A program made the translations under genes and the position numbers. 64,000 bases of DNA, taken from NCBI RefSeq assembly GCF_006345805.1, contig NC_043001.1:118544001-118608000 (forward strand). Reading direction: 5' to 3'. Shown piece after piece: positions 1-14,387 of the stretch (positions are counted from its first letter, which is position 1; each line of letters starts with the position of its first letter). Below the pieces are notes generated by a model. It saw only the letters and a program-made list of their open reading frames with translations. It was not told where the DNA came from and made no database searches. The stretch comes from Octopus sinensis (Eukaryota).

Positions 1-1261
1 TTAGGTTAAATAGGGTTCTAGCAGATACAAAACAGAAAATCCTTTGTCTAGCCTAACCTAATTTACTTTTCCTTCTTTCTTTTGGCACTGATGGAGGAAG
101 CCCCTGATGTGAGGGTCAATACAACTTTCACCCCCTCTATTGGTCTATACAGATAGGTAGACCTTCTTACTCGCTCTCCTTTTCCCACCAGTACCCTAGC
201 AGTTATTCGCAGAAGAAATTAACTACCTCCAAAATGGATAACAGAACTACAAACAATCTGTGCTTAACAACAACTCAAAGAATTTGTAACTTACACTGTA
301 ACGATAAAAATAAAGGGTCATTTCAGTCAACAATATTTTTCTTATTATTTATTTGATGCATATAATTCATCACAATTTTGCTGACCCCTTGCTACATAAT
401 ATCATTACAAATGTTTTGTCATTTACTTGTATGTGATCACCAGTTTCCAATGATGTGAGTGGTTGTCCTACATGTTGGTTATAATGTTCCTTTATCAGAC
501 TTTGGCACTTAGCATGTCCACCCTGAACATCCAATTGATTTTTTTGTATGTGGCAGAAGTAATCACCTTCACAAAGGTCTTCCTTTGTTACTGTTGTCTA
601 TTCCCGGTTGTAGTTGAGTAAGACAACAATGAAAGGTGTTCAAATTGTGATAACCATATCATTTGTATATCAGGACCTATATAGTTCAATAAAACCTTTA
701 TTTAAGACAGTAAAATATGATTTGTGAGTTCTGGCTACTATTTTCTGCAGATTAAGTGACCATCTCTTAGCTCCCTGTTGAACAAAACAGTTAATCAATC
801 AACAACCCTTCTTCTGTCTTACATTTTCTATTTCATATCTTCAGAATAGGTGGCTGAACTTACAAACTACTTAATTTATTATTTCAGTGAAGGGGTTGTC
901 TTTAAAGACTGAGTTTGGGCTTATTTACAAAGGGAGGGTGGATAGAATGGGTGGGTTTTTTTAACAACACATGTTCATAATGATACACTAACACTATTAT
1001 TAAATTGGCAAACTCCCAAGGCATTCTGTAATGTGTCTGTCACATTCCCCCTTTCTTGCCTTTGTGACAATAATTAAGAAATCATCATCATCATCATTAT
1101 TATTCATTACACTCTGAGTTCAAATCCTGTAAGGGTCAGTGTTGCCTAAAATATAGCACCAGTCAAATACTAGAGTTGTTAGTCTCAACAGACTTCATCC
1201 CCTTAAAATTACTGGCCTTGTGCCAAGATTTGAAAGAATGATGATTGTTATTATTATTAAC

Positions 1262-1476
1262 ATAGCAGATCTGGCAGAATTGCTAGTATGGTGGGCGACA
1301 TGCTTAGTGGTATTTCATCTGAATGTATGTTCTGAGATCCAATTTCACTGATGTCGACTTTGCCTTTCATCCTTTTGGGATCAATAAAATAAGTACCAGT
1401 TGAGCACTGAGGTTGATGTAATTGACTTAGCCCCTCCCCAAATATTTCAGACCTTGTGCCTATCGTAGAAAGAATT
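1262..1476 (+). mobile_element. tRNA-derived SINE, family A (CpG-decayed copy)
   Basis: Matches other copies in the window (ctggcagaat...gttctgag...gactttgcctttcatcc...taagtaccag); a second degenerate copy follows at about 1495-1740. Confidence 0.75.
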
Positions 1477-2347
1477 AGTATAATTATTAAGGTAGTAGAT
1501 AGGCAGAATCATTAGAGCATCATAAAAAATATTTTCTGGTATTTGTTCCAGCTCTTTACATTCTGTGTTCAGATCCCTTCATGGTCAATTTTGCTTTACA
1601 TCCTTTCAGGGTTGATAATATAAAGTACCAGTCAAATACTTGGATCAATAATATAAAGAACCAGCGAAATCCTGGGGTTGATGGTATTGACTAACCTCCT
1701 CCCTTCAAAAATTGCTGCCATGAGTATCAAGGAGAGACAATTATTATTTGGGTGGCGTCTAAGTCGAATCATTAGAGTGTCAGACAAAATCTCTCGTGGT
1801 ATTTAGTTATGGTTCTTTACATTCTGAGTTCATATCTCTTGGGGGTCATCTTAGCCTTTCATACCCCTTCAGTCAATATAAAAAGAAAACCAGCCAAGTA
1901 TTGGGGGTTGTTGATATCAGTCAACCTCTTCCCCTAACAATTACTGACCTTGTCTCCAATCTTTTATATGAACCCTCAGTGATTAATAAAGAAAAGATTA
2001 TTATTATTGAGTGTGAGAACAGTGCATACCATGAAAGTGACACTGGGGTACAAATATATGAAGCCTAAGAAGATCAGAAGCTGTATGAGCCAGTGCCTGG
2101 TATTGCATTATTATTATTATTATTACTATTATTATTATTATTGAGTGAGAGAACAGTGCATGCCATGGAAGTGACACTGGGGTCCCAACATGACTACTCA
2201 TCTGATAATGGTACACCATGTACAATCATAACCATATGTGCATGATATGGTGCCTGGTACTGCATCAGAACATTTATTATTATTATTGTTGTCGTTGTCG
2301 TTGTCATCATCTAAATATATATATAATGAATGCTATTTCTTTTCCAG

Positions 2348-2588
2348 GGGCATGACTGTGAGTTCTGGTTCTGTGACGCTCCAGAAAGATGCCCAGAATC
2401 TCATTGGAATCAGTATTGGTGGAGGTGCACCTCTCTGTCCCTGTCTCTATGTGGTCCAAGTGTTTGACAACACTCCTGCAGCAAAGGATGGCCAGTTAGC
2501 GTCGGGTGATGAAATTGTTGGCGTCAATGGACAGACTGTTAAAGGGAAAACCAAAGTTGAAGTTGCCAAAATGATTCAGGCCATCAAG
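2348..2588 (+). CDS. PICK1: PICK1 coding exon (PDZ domain); first coding exon visible in the window
   Basis: Translates GMTVSSGSVTLQKDAQNLIGISIGGGAPLCPCLYVVQVFDNTPAAKDGQLASGDEIVGVNGQTVKGKTKVEVAKMIQAIK, matching the PICK1 PDZ including the KD and CPC motifs; acceptor ttccag at 2347, donor gtaagt at 2589. Confidence 0.97.
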
Positions 2589-2924
2589 GTAAGTTCTAAG
2601 CTATTCAAAAGAAACCACTTGTAAATCCATGTAGTAGTAGCAGTAGCAGCAGCAGCAGTAGCAGCAGCACAGGGTGTTGATGGTGGTGGAGGTGATGTTT
2701 AGTCCTGGTGGTGGTGGGGTGTCTTGATTGAGGTGACCTGTGACCAAAAGTATTGCAGGTACGCTTAGTTTGCTGTCCGCTCCGTGGTGCCTTTACGTAA
2801 GGTCCAATCTATTGCAAGCATTCATGTAAAATCACTGATGTGAGAATAACTTTCTCCCTCCTTATCACCAATCTCAGAAGTCCTAAAAAGGATTATGGGT
2901 GTTGACTCCTCTCTCTTTGACTAA

Positions 2925-3019
2925 GATCATCATCATCATCATTATCATCATTATTATGATTATTATCATTATTATCATTATTATTATCATTATTATTATT
3001 ATTATTATCATTATTATTA

Positions 3020-3082
<63 letters not shown>

Positions 3083-3091
3083 TATTATTAT
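2925..3091 (+). repeat. (ATC/ATT)n trinucleotide microsatellite in a PICK1 intron
   Basis: Direct reading; explains the poly-Ile ORF 2899-3282. Confidence 0.95.
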
Positions 3092-4379
3092 TTTATGTCA
3101 GTTTTTCTGTTGCAGGTGGGTTGGATGGCTTGGTAGGAACTGTCAGAAGACTTCACCAAGCTCTGCTGTCTGCTTTGGTATGGTTTCTATGGTTGGATGC
3201 CCTTTCTAATGCCAACCATTTTATAGAGTGTACCAAGTGCTTTTTTTACCTAGTAACTTGCAAGACAAGACCCTGCAACTGAAATGGGGAGTAGTATTGA
3301 AGGACAGGAAAATGTGTCTTGTATTAGAGAGGAAATGTGACTGCCTCTAGTGGAGAGAAGATGGTGAAGATGTGACAGGGAGGTGGGGTGTGAGGGCCAT
3401 TCACGCAAGTTAAAAGAATATATACAGATACCTGTAAGTGAATTTGGTAAATGGAAATTGCAAGAACCCTGATGTGTGTGCGTGAGGATGATGATATATA
3501 GATGCAGGCATGAATGAATAGTCAGTCATGAAGTTTACTTCTCAATCACATGGATTCAGGTTCAGTTCCACTGCATGGCACCTTGGGCAAGGAAGCACTT
3601 GTAGATACAAGTAGTAGTAGTAGTAGCAGCACAGGGTGTTGATGGTGGTGGAGGTGATGTTTAGTCCTGGCGGTGGGGTGGGGTGTCTTGATTGAGGTGA
3701 CCTGTGACCAAAAGTATTGCAGGTACACTTAATTTGCTGTCTGCTCCATGGTGCCTTGACTATAACCCTGGGCTGATTGATGCCTTATGAGTTGCTTAGA
3801 TAGATGGAAACTGTAAAAAGCCTATCATATATGTATGTATATATGTGTGTGTGTGTGTGTGTGTGCATACTTGTTTACATTTGTGCTTCTTCAAAATTTG
3901 TTCAGCTGTGGAGGATGACATTGCTGTCATTTCCCCTAACAGCTTGTCATCTATTGGCTTTCCTCTTTTGAAGATGTGTAGAATAAGATATTCCTTACTT
4001 TAGAAACAGATCAGGATTAATGACAGAGTGGGCATCTGGCTGTAAAACAATGCTTCAACAATATATTTGCATAAGCCATGTTAGCATAGGAAAGCAGATA
4101 TAAAAATGAATGAATAGATGGATGTGTGTGTTCGAATGTTGATATTCAATGCTTGTCACCACTTGCGGGAAACAGTAATGATTTCTTTCATTGGTCACTG
4201 ATTTCATTAACCAGTAATTATTGTTCAAATTCTGCCAGAGGATAATTAAGCTTACTGTACCTCCTCCTCTAAATATGTGGCATTGTGTCTGTGTTAGAAA
4301 TTGTTATTGTAGTTGTTGTTGTTGTTATTTAATGTAAGAAGGAAGTTAGTATATGTCTTGTCTGTCTGGCTGTCCTTAC

Positions 4380-4760
4380 CTGCTTTGACTGACCCCTACT
4401 TCCTTTGACTGGTTATCAATTATCTTATCTCTACTCCCTTTATCTGATTCTAATTTCTTTGCCTGATCCCTAGTTCCTTTGCTTGCTCTCTACTTCCTCT
4501 ACATGAACATCCTTTATTTACTCCCTAGTTTCCTTGACTGGTCCCTTGGACTGGTTCCTACATATTTTGACTGATCTCTACTTCTTTTTTGACTCCCTAC
4601 TTCTTTTGCCTGACATCTACTTTATCTAATCTCTTCTTATTTTGTCTGATCTTAAGTTCTTTTCATTGGTTCCTCTTCATTTGTTTGCTATTTCCTTTGC
4701 TTGATCCCTTGTCATTTTCTCTGGTCCTTATTTTTTTACTCTCACCCTTACTCCTTTTGT
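4380..4760 (+). repeat. Degenerate pyrimidine-rich ~21-bp tandem repeat (ctttgactgatccctacttc-like)
   Basis: Recurring ttgactga/ttgcctga + ccctacttc motifs at roughly 20-22 bp spacing. Confidence 0.55.
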
Positions 4761-5725
4761 CTAGTCTCTAATTCTGTGTCCAAATGATGTGCAACAACAC
4801 TTTCAACTGAAGAGCTTTATGTATTGTTGCTTAATTCTACTTTCATGTCATTAATCTAATAGCAAACAAATTTCAATGTGGAGAGGACTCCTTTGCATCT
4901 CGGGCCCGGGCTCAACAGCCAGGTAAAATGTAGAATTATTTACAAAAAACAATGCTAGTATTTCTTTGTATCTAGGTAGAATATTCTACCTAAATACATG
5001 AAAGTACACTTGTTGGGTCTGATGGGGTGGTGGCTTAGGTGTTCATGGGTGTAGTTGATATCATTAATGTTCCACTTGAACTGTTGCAAGTTGACAGCTG
5101 CAGGAAAGACATGAGCAGAGAAGATATTTCAGGGGCTGACATCCTGAGGGGACCCAGTTTAGACTGAAATACATATGTGTACTTGGAATTTAATGATTTT
5201 TTTTTAACAAGTTTGCTGTTAAATTTTAATAATGAATGTCATGAAGTAGCTTAGCATGAAATCAATTCTTGTCATAGAAATCAAACAAACGGACTGACCA
5301 AAAATGAACTGTGTTTGGTTTTGCTTCTGTTCCATTCCTGACATATAAACTCTGTCCAGTCTTTTCCAAGTCTCCCTCATTGCAGTTGTAGCTTGTAAAG
5401 TGAAACCTGGGGGTTTTATTTCCTCACTCCTCAATGCAAAGAAGGCAGTAAATTATAGTGGCATATGGTGGTCGTTGTATTGGGTTTCCTTCTACACCCA
5501 ATGTCACCAAACTTCAAGCAGGGGTATAGCAAAAGTTTTCCATTAAGATTTGTGTTTAAATTAATGAATAAGCTTAATATTTATAGTGAATTTGCCATTT
5601 TCAATGAGTGTGCAGTGCACACCTAGCACACTTTGAATATATGCCCCTGGGAAATTATCTTCACCAATGTAAACAATCATATGTTCTACAAAGTAACTAG
5701 ACTTATTAAACATTTTTTCTTTTAG

Positions 5726-5792
5726 GGAGAAGTCACTGTTCATTTCAATAAACTTCATGCTGACCCAAAACAAGGGAAATCATTGGACATAG
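5726..5792 (+). CDS. PICK1: PICK1 coding exon (PDZ end/linker)
   Basis: tttag|GGAGAAGTC...GACATAG|gtaagt; GEVTVHFNKLHADPKQGKSLDI; 67 nt, phase 0 to 1; absent from the ORF track. Confidence 0.96.
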
Positions 5793-6657
5793 GTAAGTAA
5801 AGTGTTTTTATTTATAACTATTCACTGGAATTGTGGAAGCTTGCTGGGCTGTAGAGAAAGTAACGATGCTTTCTTTACTGTTTCCTATATATTGAGGTCC
5901 AAATTTTGTTTAAACAGATGACAAGCCTCAAAGATGATGTTCATCTTGCTCCAATAACATCATCATCATTGTTTAACGTCCGCTTTCCGATCATGATGAT
6001 GATGATGATGATGATATATATTATGATTTTGACACATGTCCTCAAAGAGATTTTTATCTCAGACAATTTCACAGCATCATTGACTTCCAATGGTGTGTAT
6101 AATTTAGTATGATACACAGATGACAATTTTTATCTAATACTGCTTTAATTCTGTATGCAAGGTTTTATATATTTTATAATAGTAATGTGGTAGTTTGGTT
6201 GTGATTAAGGTACTTGACTACTGCTCAAATAGCCATAAGTTCAAATCTTTCTCCAGCCATTGTGTTGTACATGTGATTAAAGGACATAACCTGTTTGCTT
6301 CAATTGGCATGGTTGATAAAAACCTTGTCTTCAACTTCATTAATGGTAGGAAATGGATTTGCTTATAGAAACAAATGTTCTAATTAAGCAAATAACTGTC
6401 CTATCCTTGTAAACCTGAAAAATTGTATGTAAAACAGAGAAAAAGTATTACTGAAATATTCAGATCTTTTCCTATTTGTTCTGGTAGATTAAAATAATTT
6501 TAATAAGCAGAAAATTGAACTGGAGATTGAGGCTTTCCAGTTCACCAAATTTTAGCGACATGTACTTTAATACTGTGATTTTTTTTAAAGTGACAAATAC
6601 TAGTACCCACCACCTCAACAGAAAATTAGTGAAATATTTGCCTCTTCTCTCTTTATT

Positions 6658-7067
6658 TGTCTTATGAAGAAAGGCTGAAGAAGCTTGACCTTTATTCTCT
6701 AGAAAAACACCGCCGCCGTGTTGATCTCATTCTTGCTCACAACATCATAAGCGGAAAGTGTAACCTCTCGAAAGAGCTGTTCTTCAATCCTGCTCCAGAG
6801 CGTCGGCTGCGGGGTCACTCCAAAAAGCTCTATCTGCAATGATTTCATCTCAGTCGAAGGAGAGGGGCTTTCCCCATCCGGGTTGTGGATCCGTGGAATA
6901 AGCTGCCGGACGAGATAGTGAAGATGCCGATGACCGCTCGGTTCAAAGTCTCTCTTGACCAGAAATGGCCTGAACTCTTTGCATGAACACCACCCTGTAC
7001 ATAACTCCATGTCCCCCTACATGGCCTTGCTTTTTGCTTTTTGAGCCAAAAAATTAACTTAACTTAC
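6658..7067 (+). mobile_element. 5'-truncated CR1-clade LINE 3' end (young)
   Basis: SYEERLKKLDLYSLEKHRRRVDLILAHNII...RLRGHSKKL...RVVDPWNKLPDEIV, the CR1 ORF2 C-terminal pattern; one stop codon; short (AACTT)n tail; CpGs retained. Confidence 0.85.
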
Positions 7068-7401
7068 AGAGAAGACAAAGACTTTGCTTCCATATGATTC
7101 TTCTTTCTTGGTGTCAGACAAGTTTAAAATGTTTAAACATGTCTTGATTTTATGGAACATGGCAATTTGTCTGCTCCCTTTTCTTAGTGTTCACAGCATC
7201 CTTCCCTTTGAGAAATGCTGCTTTGATGATGTTTCTTGTTTTCTGATAAAATGGGATTTATGTGTGAGCATGTTTTAATGATTTATACTTTTGAAATATT
7301 TTGGAACAAATTGATATTTTTCTTAATAAAGTGTTCTTCTGTCAGGATTTTGTGTTCATCTCATATTATGTGGTTTTCTGCTTTTGTTTTATGTCTTCTA
7401 G

Positions 7402-7491
7402 TATTGAAAAAAGTCAAGCATCGATTTGTGGAAAATATGAACTCCAACACAGCAGATGCTTTAGGGTTAAGTCGAGCCATCTTATGCAATG
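7402..7491 (+). CDS. PICK1: PICK1 coding exon (linker helix)
   Basis: ttctag|TATTGAAA...TGCAATG|gtaagt; (V)LKKVKHRFVENMNSNTADALGLSRAILCN; 90 nt, phase 1 to 1. Confidence 0.97.
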
Positions 7492-9698
7492 GTAAGTTCA
7501 TCTTATTTGAAGTATTTTGTGTATGTTTGAATTTTATTGATGTGCAAGTGTAGTTGTATGGTTAAGAAGCTTTCTTCTCAACTACATGGTTCAGTCCTAC
7601 TGTGTGGCACCTTGGAAAAGTGTCTTCTACTAAAGTCCAGGGGCCAACAAAAGTTTTGGAGTGGATTTGATAAACAAAAACTGTAAGAAGCTGTGTGTGT
7701 GTGTGTGTGCGTGTATGTATGTGTGTGTGCATTTGTATCTTGGTGTCCTGACAACCTGGGTTAGTTGAGAATGTGTATCACTGTCATACAAGCAGTGTTA
7801 CTCATTTCCAGTATTCTGTGGGTTGCTTGAAAACAGGTGAGGGTTAGTGACAGTATTTTAACCCTTTGAAATGGTCAATGTTTTAACCAGGTCTATTTTG
7901 GATAATAAAACTGTTATGCTCTGTAGCTCCATCATCGTTTAAATGTTAAAGAACAGTTACTTTGATGAGACTAACCATATTCCCATCGTTGTAATCATTA
8001 TTAATCATTGAACACCTTTCTCTATTTTAGACAAACTCTAAAACATTAGTGTCTGTACATGTAGCAGTTTTGTAAAACCTACAAAACGGTGGTTCCCCAA
8101 AATATTTTATCTCAGAGATCTTATACAATTTTCCAAATTATTATTTTGTAAAATACATTTTTATTAAATTTTATTAAAAGACTTATTTCACAGAATACCA
8201 GAAGGTTTCCAAGAAACCTACTTCAAAGAAACGGTGCAGTAGAAAACTGGTACCTCCACCTGTATTCAGTGTCATTTTCTCAGTTTATAGAAATGTGATT
8301 CAGGTCATAGAGTAGCAGACTAAATGCATTGTAGTTTTGAGTTCAAATCCTGCTGAGGTTGAATTTGATTTTCATCCTTCATGGATGACAAAATCAGTTC
8401 TAGATTTGGTCAGTTGAAGTCTTTTCAATCACGAAAAATTGGTCTTTTTACCTAAGAAAGAAATTTATATCCATTATCATCTTTTAATAATATTCTTTTG
8501 CACATTTTACGATCTGTTATTATTGCATACAACATAATGAACTAACAAAGGAGACACTATGTAGTTGTTTGACCTCCTAGTAATAACAGCCAGATCTACT
8601 TCAATTCACACCTTATTGTTCTACTTAAAAAAGGACACATTGATTGTAGTTGTAGGTACACTGAAAACATGGAATAGTCAAAACACCTTTGATCATAAGT
8701 CTGTTGGACTAGGGCTAACTTGGACTAAGCAATAACTAACATGTTTCACACATTTTTAAAACATTACAATTTGGGAGGGAAATTTTTCTCTGTGAAGTAC
8801 AGAGTATTTTTGTAATATATTTATGTTAAATCTGGTTGGTGGCAAATTGGCAAAATTTTTATAGCATTGCATTGATTGCCTCATGGTATTTGTTCTGACT
8901 GACTACCTTCTGAGATCAAATCCCTCTGGATCAACTTTGCTTTTCATCCTTTTGAGGTTGATAAAAAAAAATACCAGTTGAGAGCAGTATTAATATTTGG
9001 TGGAACTGTAAATAGGAATGTCAGATTGAATGTCTTGTGGAATTTGTTCTGGTTCCCTGTGTTCTGAGTCAAATTTCATCTAGGTACCTAAAATGCGCCC
9101 TTACCAACATAGAGAGTTAATATGGTAAGTAAAGCAAATCCTTAAAATAAAGGCCAATTAAATAATACTGGATAGAGTTGAGAGAGAAGTGAATGAAATA
9201 ACTAGTAACTGGAAAACACAAAACAACTAATCTGGACAACTACACCATCTAAGAATGTTGGTCTTTTTTTATTGTCTATGAAGTAATAGAAAGTCTGCAA
9301 CAGAACTGAGCTGTGAATTGCTAGAATCAATGACCAAAATGCTTTATGGCATTTAGCTACAGTCCTTTACATTCTGAATTCAAATACTACCTCAGTCAAC
9401 TTTGCCTGTCACCCTCCAGAGTTGATAAAATAAAGTACCAGTCAAGTACAGAGGTTGATCTAATTCACTAACACCTTTTCTCCAAATATTTGGCCTTATG
9501 TTTGTATTATAAATTATCTCTGAAGTAATGGATTATCTCCACGGAACTAATCTAAATCGACATTCTATTTACGAATGTTTATTCATTATCTATGAATAAT
9601 AGATAAAGGAATGCCATCAGGAAAAGCCTTAAAGTCTGAATTTGTGTAATTTGTGTAATCTTTTTACATTTTCTGATAAAATTTATTTTGTTTTGCAG

Positions 9699-9815
9699 AT
9701 GGACTTGTTAAGAAACTGGAAGAGCTTGAAAAAACTGCTGAGATGTACTGTGGCTTGATTGAACATGCTAAAAGGCTATTGAAAGCAACATTCGAACTAT
9801 CTCAGTCATATAAAA
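9699..9815 (+). CDS. PICK1: PICK1 coding exon (BAR start)
   Basis: ttgcag|ATGGACTT...TATAAAA|gtaagt; (D)GLVKKLEELEKTAEMYCGLIEHAKRLLKATFELSQSYK; 117 nt, phase 1 to 1. Confidence 0.96.
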
Positions 9816-10263
9816 GTAAGTTTGCATTTAAAAACAAACCTCCTCATAAATTAACATAAACTAAATAATTTTGGTAATTAATTATATTTGTATTATTAAC
9901 AGGCATGAAGCAAAGCAATAAAATAATTTGCCATTTAAGAATACAATTAAAGTATATTGATGTAGAATTCTAGATGAGTAAAACTGATAAATTGGATCAA
10001 CAATGAACCTTCATTTATTCTTTTCTTACTTTCTTTTTCTCTACTCCTTCACCCTGTCTCACAGGCTGACATGCAGTCTGATGCTTGATAATATAGTGAT
10101 AAGTATTCCTACCTATCATAAAGAGGAACAAGGTTCCACTCTCAGCCAACTCTTTATAATGAGCTACTTAGAGAACTTCTGTGAAGTTTCTCAGCATACT
10201 AGAAAAAGTGACCGAGTCCCTTTAAATCACAAATCCCAGTATCTTAAAAACTAATGAAGGACA

Positions 10264-10627
10264 CATCATCATCATCATCATCATCATCGTTTAACGTCCG
10301 TTCTCCATGCTAGCATGGGTTGGACGGTTCGACCGGGGTTCTGGGAAGCCAGAAGGCTGCACCAGGCTCCAGTCTAATCTGGCAATGTTTCTACAGCTGG
10401 ATGCCCTTCCTAACGCCAACCACTCCGTGAGTGTAGTGGGTGCTTTTTACGTGCCACCTGCACAGGTGCCAGGCGAGGCTGGCAACGGCCACGGTCGGAT
10501 TGGTGTATTTTATGTGCCACCGGCACGGAAGCCAGTCGAGGCGGTGCTGGCATCGGCCACGAGTCGGATAGTGCTTTTTACGTACCACCAGACCAGGGAT
10601 CCTGGCTGGTTCAATTCGATTTCGATT
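10264..10627 (-). mobile_element. RTE-tail non-autonomous retroelement, copy 1
   Basis: (GAT)n tail on minus strand after ...gcatggagaacggacgttaaac; internal ~60-bp tandem units; near-identical to 15058-15506 in the opposite orientation. Confidence 0.75.
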
Positions 10628-10913
10628 GGATAATTTAATCTTTTGATACACTAATCCAAGGAAAATACATGGTATGGTCAGAGGTGAAATGCCTTTTGGC
10701 CACTATTGTGCTCATCAACCAAGGCTGACCTGGAACTAAACAACAGCAGCACACAAATACAGTAGTAATAATGCCTGTCTTCCATAGCATAAAGCAGATA
10801 ACAAAATGTTTCTCTTATATATCAAATCATTGTAATACCAGTTGAAGTGGTGTTGCTTAACCCATTCTTGCTTTGGTGGTTGCAGAATTGAAAAACTGAA
10901 AGATATTATTATT

Positions 10914-11125
10914 AAGGTGGAAAGCTGGCAGAATCCTTAGCTGCTGGATGAAATGCTTAGTGGTATTTTGCCTGCCACTATGTTCTGAGTTCAAATTCCA
11001 CCGAGGTTGTCTTTGCCTTTCATCTTTTCAGGGTCAATAAATTAAGTATCAGTGAAACACTTGGGTCAATGTAATTGACTAGTTCCCTCCCCCAAATTTC
11101 AGGCTTTGTGCCTATAGTAGAAAGA

Positions 11126-11127
<2 letters not shown>
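10914..11127 (+). mobile_element. tRNA-derived SINE, family A (CpG-decayed)
   Basis: A-box-like tggcagaatcctt, B-box-like gagttcaaattcc, family A body, (ATT)n tail. Confidence 0.85.
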
Positions 11128-11156
<29 letters not shown>

Positions 11157-13469
11157 TATTATTATAATAGACCTCATATTAGAGAGATTAATGATGCTGT
11201 TTAGTATGTTATAGTATTTAGTTTTGTCTGTTGAGAACAGTGGGTTTCAATTTTTTAACCTTTGAAGTTCACTGGAGATCAACTAAATTACTGGTATATT
11301 TTACATAGAAAACAATATTTAAAATTTTTTGATTTAGCTAAAAATATAGAAAATTATTGTCTACCTTGTTTTGTTAATCATACTTATGTATAACAAAATT
11401 TTGAAGACACTCAAGCATTTGTATGGATTTTCTAAAGTCTTGAATTCTACTTTAAAAATCTGCAATATACCAAGATACCTTTTGCCATGAGCCAGAACAC
11501 CATAGCACTATATCACATTGTTTGAGAATCACCCTCTGTTCTAGAGATCATGCTCAAATTCTACTGAAACTATTTTACCTATTTTATTTTTAAAAACTGG
11601 AATAAATATTTTTTAAAAATCATTTGAAACCAGGGAAGGTCTGATGACACACATCAGGTTGTAAAATAACTCCTCAGTTTTTAGTCTTTGCCCAACCCAT
11701 GCTAGCATGGAAAAACAGACATAAGACAAATTATTTTATATCCCAATTAGTGAACAACAACATTATTGGTTACAGGTTTTTTAATGGGTCAATTATTGGT
11801 TCACTGTATCTCTGATGGTGAAAGTGATGAGGAAGTGTCTAACTTGATGCAGAACCTGTATCTAAAGGGAGTTTATTCATAAAGCAAACATGTTTTGGTT
11901 CTCTTGCTGATGTTTATATCTAATATACACTAGCAAAGTATATATACGAACACATCATCATCATCATTTTAATGTCCACTTTTTCATGCTTGCATGGGTC
12001 AGATGGGATTCAGGTAGATTTCTAACACCTGGATGCCCTTTGTATCACCAACCCTCACCTGTTTCCAAGCAAATTAATGTTTTCACATGACCAGACCTAT
12101 TATCACAGAATATTGTAAATGAATGACACTGCTAATATGACAGTGACACTCATTCACAACTATCACATAATATCAAGACAAGGACACACACACATCCACT
12201 TACAAGTGATTGGGAAGCAAACTTCTTAATCACACAGTTTGCAGCCACCTAATTCTTTTCACAAGTTATTCGTCAACTCACATCTTTAGTAGAAGACACA
12301 AGCACAAAGTGCTATGCTGTGGAATCAAATTTAGAACTACATGGTTGTGAAACAAGTTCCTTGACCACACGAACCGTGCCTGCACTTATTTGGTTTTTAT
12401 TCCTTCAAATTTAGTAAAATTAGTACTGGATGAACAGTCCATTTAACAGATTATACTTCTCATCCACAAAATTTAACCTTTTAATTAGTTTAGCCTTTTT
12501 AATTAGTTGCAAGAAGTCATTGTATCTGTTGGAAATGTTGGGAGTTTTCAGAAGTGGTATAGCACCAGACTAAATGTTTTATAATATCTTGTCTTGTTTT
12601 CCAATCTTCTGAGTTCAAATCTTACAGGGGATGAAGTTAGTCTTTCATCTTTTAGCTTTAATATAGTCAGTACAAGACGTGTGCCCAGAACAATTCAGTT
12701 GATTGTGCCCTTTTCCTACAATTGATTGGTCTTGTGCCAGTGTGAGAAACCTTTTTTATGCAAGCAAGTGAATGTTAAAATGATGGGGATGATAATGATG
12801 ATATGTTTATACCTGTTATTTCGTCTCAACCAATCCACACCTTGAATATAACATGCATTCAATACATGTATAATATATAATAAGGGAGCTTCTACATAGT
12901 GGCTTGATCTGTTAGAAATACCTGTCAGTTTCCCTTACACCACATCCTGCCATTTTGAAAGAAGGATACATTGAATAGTGGGATCTCAGATAAATTGATG
13001 GGATAGTGACCATTAGAATTCCTTATTTTTCTTTAAGACCTTAGTCTAGAAGACAGAGTTGTGCCTACAACCATCTCAGGTCTTCCAAGACCAGCGAGAC
13101 TGATATTGTTGATATTCTTCATGAGTAAGTGCAAGTTGACAGTATAGGGATGGAATTCCCTTCTGGTGAGAAAGGTCTGGAGTGAGTGATTAGTGTGAGG
13201 CAAGAGAAAGTAGGGACAATGAGGGTGATTAGTGGAACAGAGACAAGGGAATCAGGTGAGCTTGAGTGAGGCTGAGATCAGCCAACTGTGAAGAGTAGTG
13301 GCAAGAGGAAGAGTGAGGGGACAGTATAGCCATGGGCTGGAAGTTGGAGTGTGTGAATGAACAAGGGTATGCTCAATGAAGGGTGACCTGGGGCTAAATA
13401 ACAATAACAGCAACAACAACTAAACTTGTTTTGAATATTTTGAATAATATTTCAATTGTCTTGTTTTAG

Positions 13470-13603
13470 CTTTTGGAGACGTCTTCGTTGGCATTGGAGT
13501 GAGGGAGCCTCAGCCCAGAGCCAGCGAGGCATTTTCAAAATTTGGTGAAGCTCACCGTGACATGGAGAAGTTTGCAATAAAAATGATACGAACAGTCAAA
13601 CCT
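13470..13603 (+). CDS. PICK1: PICK1 coding exon (BAR)
   Basis: ttttag|CTTTTGGA...AAACCT|gtaagt; (T)FGDVFVGIGVREPQPRASEAFSKFGEAHRDMEKFAIKMIRTVKP; 134 nt, phase 1 to 0. Confidence 0.97.
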
Positions 13604-14387
13604 GTAAGTTGCAGTGATTTATTTTTTAAAGATTTTATCTTTTTTCTTATTTTTACATCAACTGTTTTAGAATTGGCCTGTTTCATGTATTGTTAGAATG
13701 AGTATTTTTAGCTTTCTCTAATATAGTATCTTGACCTATTAATCATTGCCTTACAGCTGAAGAATTTTTCTTCATGAAATTAAAATAAGGTAGCTTGCCA
13801 GAGCCTATCTTATATGTAAATATATCTTACAAGAGGTATTGTATCTAATAATCCCAACTAAGAGCAGTGAATTGGTTCTATCTTGTGACCCCTCCTTACA
13901 AGTAAATAGACTATGCTATTTAGAATCAAGTGTCATGGTTATGAATACGATACAGTACACTTGTGCATAATCCAAACTATTAACCTTATTTAATATTAAG
14001 TACTTAATTCTAAAATGGAACCAGTCTGGTCCACAACTAAACTGCATTCAATATGTGCTTCATTATCTTCTTTAGTTATTGTCTTGATTAGTAAAGGGTC
14101 ATGCTGTAATGGTTCAACCATTGGCTTTAATCCACTTTCTCAGTCTTAAAACATGGTAGTTTGATAGAAATTTAAATAAAACCAACATTAAATGTTGATT
14201 AAAGAATTTTTATGTAATTATTGAGACTTGTAGCTGTAGTTTTGTTCATTAGCGGTTTTCTGTTGTAGCCTTTACTTGTAACATTATCAAAATGTTTGAA
14301 AATGCTATGTACTATTGATACTTTGTTGTTCATCATATTTATATATCTTCTTGATACATATAATATCTATTAATTATTGTTTTGCAG

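Noticed and set aside
1-2347. PICK1 initiating exon (equivalent of MFADLDYDIEEDKL)
   Set aside because: No convincing ATG...phase-2 donor with that pattern was found; it probably lies upstream of the window. The N-terminal part of ORF 2238-2624 is intronic.
2899-3282. Poly-Ile ORF and the many YIHT/CVCV/THTH/MYVC ORFs throughout the track
   Set aside because: Translations of (ATT)n, (CATA)n, (CA)n and (AT)n microsatellites.
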